NCBI GenBank assembly: GCA_965221695.1
Contig: OZ244905.1
Coordinates: forward strand, 2,189,384-2,253,383
Reading direction: 5' to 3'
From: Gammaproteobacteria bacterium
GTDB taxonomy: Bacteria; Pseudomonadota; Gammaproteobacteria; Eutrophobiales; Eutrophobiaceae
DNA length: 64,000 nucleotides
The notes beneath the pieces are model-generated. The model made no database searches. It was given only the letters and a program-made list of their open reading frames with translations, and was not told the origin of the DNA. The position numbers and the translations under genes were made by a program. Below, piece after piece: positions 55,482 to 64,000 of the stretch. The first letter of the stretch is position 1; each line of letters begins with the position of its first letter.

Positions 55482-56428
55482 ACTGCCTGCGCAACCTCGC
55501 GGGATTCTTCCACATAGGTCAGCCATTCCGGGCGCCGGACCTTGCGACCATTAACCTGGTCGAAAAACATGTTCTGGAGTTTCCTGGTGACCGGGCCGCG
55601 CCGGCCGGTCCCGATTGCCCGGTTGTCCAGTTCCACTACGGGGGTGACTTCCGCCGCAGTGCCGGTAAAAAATGCCTCGTCGGCAATATAAACCTCGTCC
55701 CGGGTCAGTCGTTTCTCAATTACCTCCATGCCCAGGTCGCGGGCGAATACCATGATGGTATCCCGGGTTACGCCTTCTAACGCGGAGGTCAGGTCCGGGG
55801 TGTAAATAATACCGTCGCGTACAATGAAGATGTTCTCGCCGCTGCCCTCGGCGACATAGCCCTCGTTGTCCAGCAGCAATGCCTCGTCGTAGCCGCATTC
55901 CAGGGCTTCGTGCAACGCAAGTATGGAGTTGATGTAATGACCGACGGCCTTAGCCTTGCACATGGAGATGTTGACATGGTGGCGGGTGAAAGAAGATGTT
56001 CGGATACGGATGCCTTTTTCCAGCCCCTCATCGCCGAGGTAGGCGCCCCATTCCCAGGCCGCAACTGCTACGTGAACGCTGAGATTGTTCGCACGCAGAC
56101 CCAGCGCCTCGGACCCGTAAAAACAGATCGGCCGAAGATAGGCCGCCGACAGGCCGTTCTCCAGCACCACCGTGGCGCAGGCGTCATTAATTTCGTCGAG
56201 GGTGTGGGGTACGCGCATTCCCAGGATATGCGCAGATTGGAACATGCGCCGAGTATGGTCGTGTAACCTGAAGATAGCCGCGCCGCGCGACGTTTCATAG
56301 GCGCGCATGCCTTCGAACACCCCCACGCCGTAATGCAGGGTGTGTGTAAGTACGTGAACTTTCGCATCCCTCCAAGGAACCAGTTCCCCGTTGAACCAGA
56401 TTACGCCGTCGCGATCAGCCATTGACAT
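55478..56428 (-). CDS. ilvE: Branched-chain amino acid aminotransferase
   Basis: The 316 aa product has a PLP fold type IV (catalytic Lys in SMCKAKAVGHYINSILA; class-IV signature EGSGENIFIV...GIIYTPD). Confidence 0.9.
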   Translation of the reverse strand: MSMADRDGVIWFNGELVPWRDAKVHVLTHTLHYGVGVFEGMRAYETSRGAAIFRLHDHTRRMFQSAHILGMRVPHTLDEINDACATVVLENGLSAAYLRPICFYGSEALGLRANNLSVHVAVAAWEWGAYLGDEGLEKGIRIRTSSFTRHHVNISMCKAKAVGHYINSILALHEALECGYDEALLLDNEGYVAEGSGENIFIVRDGIIYTPDLTSALEGVTRDTIMVFARDLGMEVIEKRLTRDEVYIADEAFFTGTAAEVTPVVELDNRAIGTGRRGPVTRKLQNMFFDQVNGRKVRRPEWLTYVEESREVAQAV

Positions 56429-56597
56429 CTTGTGTTTCCTTTAACATTTGGACATTATGATAATTTAACCTGTCATTCTATCATCAAACTGCAGAAACCG
56501 CGCATCCGGGCGCCAGCCCGCCAATCTGACGCGGGCGAGACGCCCGCGCTCCCAGGAAAAACGGTGAAACACAAAGTATGCTCATGCCCTGGACAGG

Positions 56598-57500
56598 TCA
56601 GGAAAATCGGGCCAGGTGTTCCCTGACTTTTTCCGTAACGGTATTCACGGCGATGGTATCGATGTTCCGATTCGGGGCCGTATGCCAGGCCGCTAGAGGT
56701 CCCCAGGGGTGGTAGCGTTCCGGGTTGCCGGGTCCAAACAGGGTAAACGAACAGGTGTTGACCGCGGCGGCAATGTGGCCGAGGCCGGAGTCATTACCGA
56801 GAAACAGGGTCATGCGTTCCATCACTGCGGCGGTCTGCAACAGTGTCGCGCGACCGCACAGGTTGATACAGGGCAGGCGCACGTGTTCGGCAATGAGTTC
56901 CGCCTGCCGGTTATCAGCTTCGTTGCCCAGCAGCGCCAGCGCGTCGAACTCGTCGCTGAGTTCATTGGCCGCCAGCGCGTAGTTTTCCGCCGGCCAGATC
57001 TTTTTTTCCCAGTTAGCGCCGGGACCGATGCACAACCACCTGTTGCCGCGCAGTTGCCGGCAGACTGTTGCGGCATAATCCTTGTCCGCCGGTCCCAGCC
57101 ACAATCCGACAGGCGGTATTTCCCGGCTTCCGATTAGTGGCGAAAGAGTGGCAAAATGTTGCTCCACCGCGTGGGGTTGCCCGCCCCTGCCTGGCTTGGT
57201 GAGCCGTTTTTCTGCCCTGACCAGGCGGGCGAGGACATCCGTGCGCAAATCAACCACGATCTCATAGCGTTTGCGGCGCAATTCCCACAGCAGAGCCGGC
57301 GCCCCGCGTAACCACCGTTGCTTTTGTTTATGATAAATCTCGCCCCGGTACGGACAATGCAGGAACAGCATGGACGAACGCGCATCACCCACGATATCAA
57401 TGGTCGCGGTCTCATCATACCGATGCAAGGACTCCAATACCGGAGTCGTCAGCAACGCATCGCCGATATTGCTCAGCGTGATGAACAGGAAGTTGCTCAT
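56598..57500 (-). CDS. Glycosyltransferase family 9 (heptosyltransferase family)
   Basis: The product reads MSNFLFITLSNIGDALLTTPVLESL. An AGGGAA SD lies 5 nt upstream. An alternative TTG start lies at 57515. Confidence 0.75.
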   Translation of the reverse strand: MSNFLFITLSNIGDALLTTPVLESLHRYDETATIDIVGDARSSMLFLHCPYRGEIYHKQKQRWLRGAPALLWELRRKRYEIVVDLRTDVLARLVRAEKRLTKPGRGGQPHAVEQHFATLSPLIGSREIPPVGLWLGPADKDYAATVCRQLRGNRWLCIGPGANWEKKIWPAENYALAANELSDEFDALALLGNEADNRQAELIAEHVRLPCINLCGRATLLQTAAVMERMTLFLGNDSGLGHIAAAVNTCSFTLFGPGNPERYHPWGPLAAWHTAPNRNIDTIAVNTVTEKVREHLARFS

Positions 57501-58861
57501 TATTTCCCTATACAAAAGCGGGAGAAGATTTCCCCGAGCAGGTCGTCAGCGCTATACTCGCCGGTGAGTTCGCCGAGTTTGCGTTGTGCCCGGGACAGGT
57601 CTTCGGCAAACAGTTCGGGTGCGCGCGTGTGCTGGTACTGCTGTGCGGCCTGTTCCAGCGCTTCTTCGACTGCGTGCAGGATGTTGAGGTGGCGGGTATG
57701 GGCAATGAAGCTGTTCTCCGATACGTCCGCGCCGGCCACCATGGTCGTTATTTCCTGTTTGAGCGCGTCCACGCCCGCGCCCGTCATGGCGGAGATATAC
57801 AGTTCACGCGTGTCGTTTGCCGATGAGGGTTTGCCGGCGTCATGGCCGGTGAGGTCGATCTTGTTAAACACGTACAACAGTTTTTCCGCGCCCAGGTCTG
57901 CGGCGATGCTCTTGAGTTCACCGATATCTTCCAGGGTCGCATCGGCGATGAGAATGACCACGTCCGCGTTGTTTGCCGCTGACCTGGCGCGCCGGATGCC
58001 TTCCTGCTCGACCTGGTTGCCGGTTGTTCTTATCCCTGCGGTGTCGGTGATGCGGACCGGTATGCCGCCAATCAGGATCTGTTGCTCGATGGTATCCCGG
58101 GTGGTGCCGGGCAACGGCGATACAATCGCCCGCTCAATTTCGGCGAGGCGGTTCAGCAGGCTGGATTTCCCTGCATTGGGTTTGCCGATGATCGCAATGT
58201 TCAAGCCTTCCGCCAGCAGCCTGCCGGTTTCGGCGCCGGCGCAAATTTCGGCCAGGCAGCGCCGGCAAGCCGATAACCGGTCTTGCAGTTCAGCCTGTTC
58301 CGTAGAGCCAACCTCCTCCTCCGGAAAGTCCAGCGTCGCCTCGACGAACATGCGCAACTCGATAAGCCTGTTTGCCAACTCATCCAGTCGGGAGGAAAAC
58401 GCGCCCTGCATTGAGCGGGCCGCGCTGGATGCAGCCTGTTCCGAGGCGCTGCTGATCAGGTCCGCGACGGCCTCTGCCTGCAACAGATCGATCTTGTTGT
58501 TAAGAAAGGCCCGTTCGCTGAATTCGCCGGGGCGCGCATAACGGGCGCCCAGCGACAGGACGCGTTGCAACAGCAGGTTCATTACCACCGGCCCGCCGTG
58601 GCCGTGCAGTTCGGCGATGTCCTCGCCGGTATGTGAATCCGGCCCCTGGAAAAACAGCGCCAGGCCGCGATCCAGGACTTGTCCTTGCGCGTCGAGAAAG
58701 GTTGTCGGCCGGGCTTCCCGGTGTCCGGGCTTGGCCCCGCATATTGCCTTGACGATGTTGCCGCTGTCCGGCCCGGAGAGCTTTACGATCCCCACCGCTG
58801 CCTGTCCCGGCGCCGTGGCTATGGCCGCAATGGTATCTGTCTGTTCCGGCTTGCCGACCAT
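57500..58861 (-). CDS. mnmE: tRNA modification GTPase MnmE
   Basis: The N-terminus reads TDTIAAIATAPG. The G-domain has GKPNAGKSSLLN, and the C-terminus ends ...CIGK. The start is ATG at 58861 with GAGG 6 nt upstream. The ORF-track start at 58933 adds 24 aa. Confidence 0.9.
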   Translation of the reverse strand: MVGKPEQTDTIAAIATAPGQAAVGIVKLSGPDSGNIVKAICGAKPGHREARPTTFLDAQGQVLDRGLALFFQGPDSHTGEDIAELHGHGGPVVMNLLLQRVLSLGARYARPGEFSERAFLNNKIDLLQAEAVADLISSASEQAASSAARSMQGAFSSRLDELANRLIELRMFVEATLDFPEEEVGSTEQAELQDRLSACRRCLAEICAGAETGRLLAEGLNIAIIGKPNAGKSSLLNRLAEIERAIVSPLPGTTRDTIEQQILIGGIPVRITDTAGIRTTGNQVEQEGIRRARSAANNADVVILIADATLEDIGELKSIAADLGAEKLLYVFNKIDLTGHDAGKPSSANDTRELYISAMTGAGVDALKQEITTMVAGADVSENSFIAHTRHLNILHAVEEALEQAAQQYQHTRAPELFAEDLSRAQRKLGELTGEYSADDLLGEIFSRFCIGK

Positions 58862-58871
58862 TGCTGCCTCC

Positions 58872-60512
58872 TCACTTGGAAGCGGAAAGGCCCTCTTTTT
58901 CCAGGTTTTTTGTGATGAACCACTGCTGGGCAATGGACAGGATGTTGTTGGTTACCCAGTACAACACCAGCCCGGATGGGAAAAAAGCGAAGAACACCGT
59001 GAAGATGAACGGCAGGGCCTTCATCACTTTTTCCTGCAACGGGTCCATGGGGGCGGGGTTGAGTCTCTGCTGGATCAGCATGGTGGCCCCCATGATGATC
59101 GGCAGGACGAAAAACGGGTCCTTGCTGGAGAGGTCCTTGAGCCAGAAAATAAAGTCAGCCTGGCGCAATTCAACGCTTTCCAGCAGCACCCAGTACAGGG
59201 CCAGGAACACGGGAATCTGCACCAGGATCGGAAAACAACCGCCGAACGGATTGATTTTCTCCTCCTTGTATATCTGCATCATCGCCTGATTGAGGCGGGC
59301 CCGGTCTTCCTTGTAGCGGTCGCGCAGCGCGACTATCCGCGGTTGCACCCGGCGCATGTTCGCCATGGACCGGTAGCCCGCGGCAGACAGGTGGTAGAAC
59401 AGCAGCTTGAGCAGGACGGTCACCAGGATGATGGCCCAGCCCCAGTTGCCGGTCAGGCCGTGCAAGCGTTCCAGGCACCAGAACAGCGGTTTGGCCAGGA
59501 ACCACAGCACGCCGTAGTCAACGGTCAATTCCAGTCCTTCCGCCAGGGTTTCCAGCACGGATTGCTGCTTGGGGCCGATGTAAAGATGGCCTGTCAATTC
59601 TCCCTTTTGCCCGGGAGGGATAGTCAGGGTCGGGGAAACGCTGCCTATCGAATAATACCGGGAAGAGAACGAGCGGGTATAGTAACGATACGTGGCCTCC
59701 GTGTCCGAAGGCAGAACGGCGGTCAGGAAATAATGCTGTATCATCGCTACCCAGCCATTATTGACTTGCACGTCCGCATCCTTGTCTTCCATATCGCCGA
59801 AACTGATTTTTTCGTAGCGGTTGTCAGGAGTGGAGAGCACCGCGCCGGTGTACGTGTATAGCAGTCTTCTGCCTTCCCTGGACGGATCATCCCGTTTTAT
59901 CTGGGTGTACTGGCGGCCTTCCCAATCGCCGCCGGAAGCGTTATCGATGATGTACTTGATCTGAACCCGGTAGGAACCGCGTTCGAACACGAATACCTTG
60001 GTTACCGCTATGCCCTCTGCGGAAGACCACTTCAACGGCACCTCCAGCCGCTCCCTGCCGGCGTCCAGGGTGTAGGTCTGCCGTTCCGTCGTGAACGTGT
60101 CCTTGTGAGTCGGCGCCACTTCGCCGACGATACCGCTTTGTATCACGTGGTACAGGGACGCGGAGTCATCCAGCAGTACGAAAGGCTGATCTTTTCTGTC
60201 CAACGATACCGGATAATCAGGCAACTCGGCATAGACGATGGTTCCGCCTTCGTCGATTTTAATGCGCAGCACGTCCGTCTCAACTGTCACGACAGCGCTG
60301 CCGGCGCCGTCCGATCTCTCCTTGGTCGGGAAATCGGGCGTAGACGGCTCGTCGGGTTTTATCTGTGGAATTCCCGGATCTTCATCAACAGGCGCCGATG
60401 CCTGCCCGGCAGCGCCGGACTGCGCGGCGCCATAGTCCCGCTGCCATGCTTCCCACAACATGATGGAGACCAGCGACAGCGCCAGGATGAGAATAAACCG
60501 CGGTGTATCCAT
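58872..60512 (-). CDS. yidC: Membrane protein insertase YidC
   Basis: The 546 aa product has an N-terminal TM, a large periplasmic domain and a conserved C-terminal 5-TM core. Confidence 0.9.
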   Translation of the reverse strand: MDTPRFILILALSLVSIMLWEAWQRDYGAAQSGAAGQASAPVDEDPGIPQIKPDEPSTPDFPTKERSDGAGSAVVTVETDVLRIKIDEGGTIVYAELPDYPVSLDRKDQPFVLLDDSASLYHVIQSGIVGEVAPTHKDTFTTERQTYTLDAGRERLEVPLKWSSAEGIAVTKVFVFERGSYRVQIKYIIDNASGGDWEGRQYTQIKRDDPSREGRRLLYTYTGAVLSTPDNRYEKISFGDMEDKDADVQVNNGWVAMIQHYFLTAVLPSDTEATYRYYTRSFSSRYYSIGSVSPTLTIPPGQKGELTGHLYIGPKQQSVLETLAEGLELTVDYGVLWFLAKPLFWCLERLHGLTGNWGWAIILVTVLLKLLFYHLSAAGYRSMANMRRVQPRIVALRDRYKEDRARLNQAMMQIYKEEKINPFGGCFPILVQIPVFLALYWVLLESVELRQADFIFWLKDLSSKDPFFVLPIIMGATMLIQQRLNPAPMDPLQEKVMKALPFIFTVFFAFFPSGLVLYWVTNNILSIAQQWFITKNLEKEGLSASK

Positions 60513-60524
60513 AATATGATCGGA

Positions 60525-60764
60525 CTAGGGAACGGGGTCTACGCCGCCCGGGTGAAACGGATGGCAACGGCATATGCGTTGAATGCTGAGCCGCAAGCCG
60601 CGCAAGGTCCCATGTTTTTCAATGGCTTCACAGGCAAAGTTCGAGCAAGACGGGTAAAAGCGGCAGTTCATGCCCAGGAAAGGGCTGACAAAGCGCTGAT
60701 AACAGCGGATTGCTCCGGAGATTGTCCTGGAGATTATTGCGCGCATCGCAGAATCCTTTGCCAA
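60525..60764 (-). CDS. yidD: Membrane protein insertion efficiency factor YidD
   Basis: The product reads [34 protein letters not shown]. Confidence 0.8.
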   Translation of the reverse strand: MAKDSAMRAIISRTISGAIRCYQRFVSPFLGMNCRFYPSCSNFACEAIEKHGTLRGLRLSIQRICRCHPFHPGGVDPVP

Positions 60765-61081
60765 TGGGCCCTGAGAGACTGGTTCATTATCCTGCTTTCA
60801 TCCGGCTTTATCTGTTGCTGCGCCAGGACCACGATGTCAAGGCCTGACAATATATCAGTGTGTGCGCGGAAACTTTCCCGTATGGTGCGTTTAACTTTGT
60901 TTCTGGTTACCGCGCCCTTCACCGCTTTCCTGGAAATCGCCAGACCGAGCCGCGCACAACCCTTATCGTTTCTGCGCGCCAGGACAACAAACTGCGAATC
61001 CCGGGAGCGGCAGGATGTCTTAAATACGTTATTGTAATCCGCTGCGCTGTTAAGTCTTTGTTTTCGCAGGAAACGGCTCAA
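60734..61081 (-). CDS. rnpA: Ribonuclease P protein component
   Basis: The 115 aa product is basic. A TTG start overlaps the rpmH stop. Confidence 0.85.
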   Translation of the reverse strand: MSRFLRKQRLNSAADYNNVFKTSCRSRDSQFVVLARRNDKGCARLGLAISRKAVKGAVTRNKVKRTIRESFRAHTDILSGLDIVVLAQQQIKPDESRIMNQSLRAHWQRILRCAQ

Positions 61082-61212
61082 GCGGACAAGCGCTTCCTGC
61101 CTTTGGCTCTGCGGGACTTCAGTATTTGTCGCCCGGCTTTGGTACGCATGCGAATGCGAAAGCCATGGCGGCGTTTTCGCTTGATATTGCTGGGCTGGTA
61201 TGTACGTTTCAT
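61078..61212 (-). CDS. rpmH: 50S ribosomal protein L34
   Basis: The 44 aa product reads [44 protein letters not shown]. It is absent from the ORF track because it is shorter than 60 aa. Confidence 0.9.
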   Translation of the reverse strand: MKRTYQPSNIKRKRRHGFRIRMRTKAGRQILKSRRAKGRKRLSA

Positions 61213-61390
61213 TGGCTATCTTTGCAGTTTCCGAAAATCGCAGGCATTTTACTTATATGGACGCCGGGTTGTCAACGAGGGCAGACCCTGCTTCCGGTTC
61301 TGTAATGATATTGTATTGGATATGTCCGTCCAACGGGTATAAACTTGAATGTCCCGTTCCCGTTTTATTCCGATGAGGCGCAGTTCGTAG

Positions 61391-62707
61391 ATGTCAGCTT
61401 GGAAATTATGTCTTGACCGGCTTGCCGGAGAACTGCCTCCGGAGCAGTTCAATACCTGGATTCGTCCGCTGCAGGCGATAGAAGACAAAAACAAGTTGCG
61501 CCTGCTCGCGCCGAACCGGTTTGTACTCGACTGGGTCAATGAGAGATACCTGCAGCGCATCGATGAATTACTGCGTTCGGAAAACCGGGGCGGCAAGCTG
61601 GCCTTGTCTCTCGAGGTCGGCAGCCAGAAAACAGGGACCAGACAGCCGAAGAACAGGAAAGAGGCGAGTTCCGGCCGCAACTACCTGCCGGAGAACCTTA
61701 ACCGCAGCTACAGGTTTACATCCTTCGTGGAAGGCAAGTCGAACCAGTTGGCGCGGGCCGCGGCGATACAGGTCGCGGAAAACCCGGGCACTGCGTATAA
61801 CCCGCTGTTCATGTGCGGCGGCGTAGGTCTTGGAAAAACCCATCTTATGCATGCAATAGGCAATTCGATCCTGGAACACCGGCCGGGGATGAATGTTGCC
61901 TACCTGCACTCCGAGCGGTTCGTCGCCGACATGGTCAAGGCATTACGCCACAATACTATTGATGAGTTCAAACGAAATTACCGGTCTCTGGACGTGCTGC
62001 TGATCGATGACATCCAGTTCTTTGCCGGCAAGGACCGGTCGCAGGAAGAGTTTTTCTATACATTCAATACCTTGCTGGAAAGCAAAAACCAGGTAGTGCT
62101 GACCTGCGACCGTTATCCGAAAGAAGTTGACGGCATCGAAGGCCGCTTGCGATCCCGTTTCAGTATGGGACTGACTGTTGCGATAGAACCGCCGGAATAC
62201 GAAACCCGGGTTGCCATCGTCAAATCCAAGGCGGAAGACACGGAGGTTGACCTGCCGGACAATGTCGCGTTTTTCATTGCCAAGCGCTTCGTGTCGAACG
62301 TGCGCGAACTGGAGGGCGCGCTGAACCGGGTCATCGCCAATTCCCGGCTGACCGGAGAACCCATAGACATTGAGTTCTGCCAGCATGCGTTGCGCGATTT
62401 GTTGCTGTTGCAGGAACGCCAGGTTACCCTGGAAAACATCCAGAAGGTCACTGCGGGGTATTACAAGATCAAGGTCGCGGATTTGCTGTCAAAGCGGAAA
62501 AGCCGCTCTATCGCGCGCCCGCGGCAACTGGCGATGGCCTTGGCGAAGGAATTGACCAACCACAGCTTGCCTGAAATCGGCGACGCCTTCGGGGGGCGCG
62601 ACCATACCACGGTTTTGCACGCCCACAGGAAAGTGGCGGAACTGCGGCAAGACGATAACAGGGTTGAGGAAGACTACAAAAACCTGCTCAGCATCCTGAC
62701 GATGTAG
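61391..62707 (+). CDS. dnaA: Chromosomal replication initiator protein DnaA
   Basis: The product has an AAA+ Walker A motif ([15 protein letters not shown]) and a C-terminal DNA-binding domain ([20 protein letters not shown]). Confidence 0.95.
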   Translation: MSAWKLCLDRLAGELPPEQFNTWIRPLQAIEDKNKLRLLAPNRFVLDWVNERYLQRIDELLRSENRGGKLALSLEVGSQKTGTRQPKNRKEASSGRNYLPENLNRSYRFTSFVEGKSNQLARAAAIQVAENPGTAYNPLFMCGGVGLGKTHLMHAIGNSILEHRPGMNVAYLHSERFVADMVKALRHNTIDEFKRNYRSLDVLLIDDIQFFAGKDRSQEEFFYTFNTLLESKNQVVLTCDRYPKEVDGIEGRLRSRFSMGLTVAIEPPEYETRVAIVKSKAEDTEVDLPDNVAFFIAKRFVSNVRELEGALNRVIANSRLTGEPIDIEFCQHALRDLLLLQERQVTLENIQKVTAGYYKIKVADLLSKRKSRSIARPRQLAMALAKELTNHSLPEIGDAFGGRDHTTVLHAHRKVAELRQDDNRVEEDYKNLLSILTM

Positions 62708-63049
62708 CATCAGTCCCGTGATACGAATAGCAAGAGAAACCGGGGGCGGTGGCCTGCGTTTGCGCTCAGGGTTTGGAAATTGCCGGCCAATTGGCGGTTC
62801 TGCCCCATACCCGGATACCGGTCCTGCTCTATCAGCGCGGGCATTCGGCATCACATTGTAGCCGGAATGTCACATAAACATCGCCGTATTGTCATATAAA
62901 CCTTTCAGAATAATTCCCAGAGTTGACCTGACCCGGATTTCTCGCCAGGCGATGTGATCATCGCACCGGATGTTATCCGTCTACGGTACTACTGAACCCA
63001 TACACCAGAAATCAGCATAACGCTTTAAGGAGAAATAACATGTTTAAAG

Positions 63050-64000
63050 CCATCAACAGGTATGCCTGTGCCATATTGGTGATCAGCACAATGGCCATGT
63101 TGACCATGCCGGCCCATGCAGCCAATGACGCATTGTTGGAGCTGTTGAAAATCCTCAGGGACAAGGGGGGCATCACCCAGCAGGAATACGAGTTGCTCAG
63201 GGATACTGCCCAGACGGACACAGGACCGGCTACCGTCGCGGAAACCTCCGCGCCAACTTCTGCCGAACCGACGCCGCAGGTGGTCGCCGCGGTCAAGCCG
63301 GCGCCGGAAATCACGACCAAGGGAAAATTGGAAATCAGCACAGATGAACACAAGTTCCGCATCGGCGGGCGCGCCCAGCACGACTTCACCCTGGTCGGCA
63401 ATGACGGCGACGGCAACGTGGGGAGCAGTGAGCAGCAGTTTCGCCGGGCGCGTATCTTCCTGTCCGGCACGGCCTGGGAACACTGGGACTGGAAGTTCCA
63501 GTTCGACTTTGAGGACGCCGATGACAGCAGCATGTCAATCGAAGATGCGTACATAAAGTACAAAGGTTGGAGCCCGGCTGCCGTGACCGTCGGCCAGCGC
63601 AAGGCGCCGTTCTCCCTGGGCACGCTGACCAGTTCCAAGTACATCACGTTTATCGAACGCTCAGCGCCTACCGACCTGTTCTCCTCGGAGTCCATCGGTA
63701 TCGGTGGTCGCTTACCCGGCATCACACTGGAGAACAGGGGCAAGAATCACTCACTTGCGGGTGGTTTCTACCTGATGCGGCAGCGCGGCGATGCCGCCGA
63801 TATCGATACATTCACCGACAGCGCCGGGGATATCGTGGAGGTGGAACTGGGCACGGACTCTATCAGCGAGCGCAAGATTGACGATGGCTGGGGGGTCACC
63901 GCGCGAGCCACCTGGCTACCGGTCAACCGTGCCGGCAACCAACTGGTTCATGCCGGCGCCGCCCTCGGCTATAAACATTATCCGAACAAGAAGGTGAACC
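63050..64000 (+). CDS. Phosphate-selective porin O/P family outer membrane protein. The 3' end runs past the window end.
   Basis: A perfect AAGGAG SD lies 8 nt upstream of the ATG. A signal peptide is followed by KGKLEISTDEHKFRIGGRAQHDF... and is open to the window end. It is not in the supplied ORF track because no stop codon falls inside the window. Confidence 0.7.

Noticed and set aside
57318-58541. 407 aa plus-strand ORF
   Set aside because: It lies antisense to mnmE, and its product is a Ser/Ala/Arg low-complexity translation.
58617-59861. 414 aa plus-strand ORF
   Set aside because: It lies antisense to yidC, which is clearly real.
62708-63049. Possible oriC (DnaA-box cluster) downstream of dnaA
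   Set aside because: There is only one 6-of-9 match to TTATCCACA, plus a 12 bp direct repeat. There is no convincing box cluster or DUE, so it is reported as an open question instead of a feature.
63012-63743. 243 aa minus-strand ORF
   Set aside because: It lies antisense to the plus-strand porin gene. The porin gene has a perfect AAGGAG SD, a signal peptide and OprO/P-like motifs.

Overview
This 64 kb window is a high-GC (about 60%) chromosomal segment that looks gammaproteobacterial. Most of it is conserved housekeeping genes in classical syntenic blocks.

Gene order across the window:
- A TonB-dependent receptor C-terminal fragment, an FmdB-like zinc ribbon gene, a DUF502 gene, aspS, a second large TonB-dependent receptor, an S9 peptidase and nadA.
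- yebC-ruvCAB, then tolQRAB-pal-cpoB.
- murU on the minus strand.
- yrbG-kdsD-lptCAB-rpoN-hpf-ptsN-ptsO-ptsI. kdsC and rapZ are absent.
- mgtE, a Tat-exported aldo/keto reductase and a 1313 aa autotransporter-like adhesin with five cadherin-like repeats.
- A DUF2782 gene, polA, hisA-hisF-hisI-hisE-tatABC and a sulfatase.
- An accessory islet of about 5 kb (45.6-50.6 kb). It is partly AT-rich and bounded by MITE-like inverted-repeat elements. It carries a DUF1640 gene, two paralogous AAA/DUF4143 ATPases and an alpha/beta hydrolase.
- A rhodanese gene, pyrF, an LPS-core glycosyltransferase cluster interleaved with ilvE, then mnmE-yidC-yidD-rnpA-rpmH and dnaA.
- dnaA is followed by a partial OprO/OprP-type porin instead of dnaN.

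Non-coding highlights:
- A tandem pair of about 98 nt tRNA-shaped elements with a long variable arm between nadA and yebC. Their anticodon loops read GCC and GUC, and all differences between the copies fall in loops.
- A tandem 108 bp duplication across the hisF/hisI junction.
- Three tandem copies of the 3' module of a GT4 glycosyltransferase gene.
- A two-hairpin REP-like repeat family.
- A dispersed short palindromic motif, GGAA(C/G)CTCTGA...TCAGAG.

No rRNA, CRISPR array, or canonical (CCA-encoding, standard-anticodon) tRNA gene was found. All calls rest on reading the sequence and the ORF translations, with no database searches.
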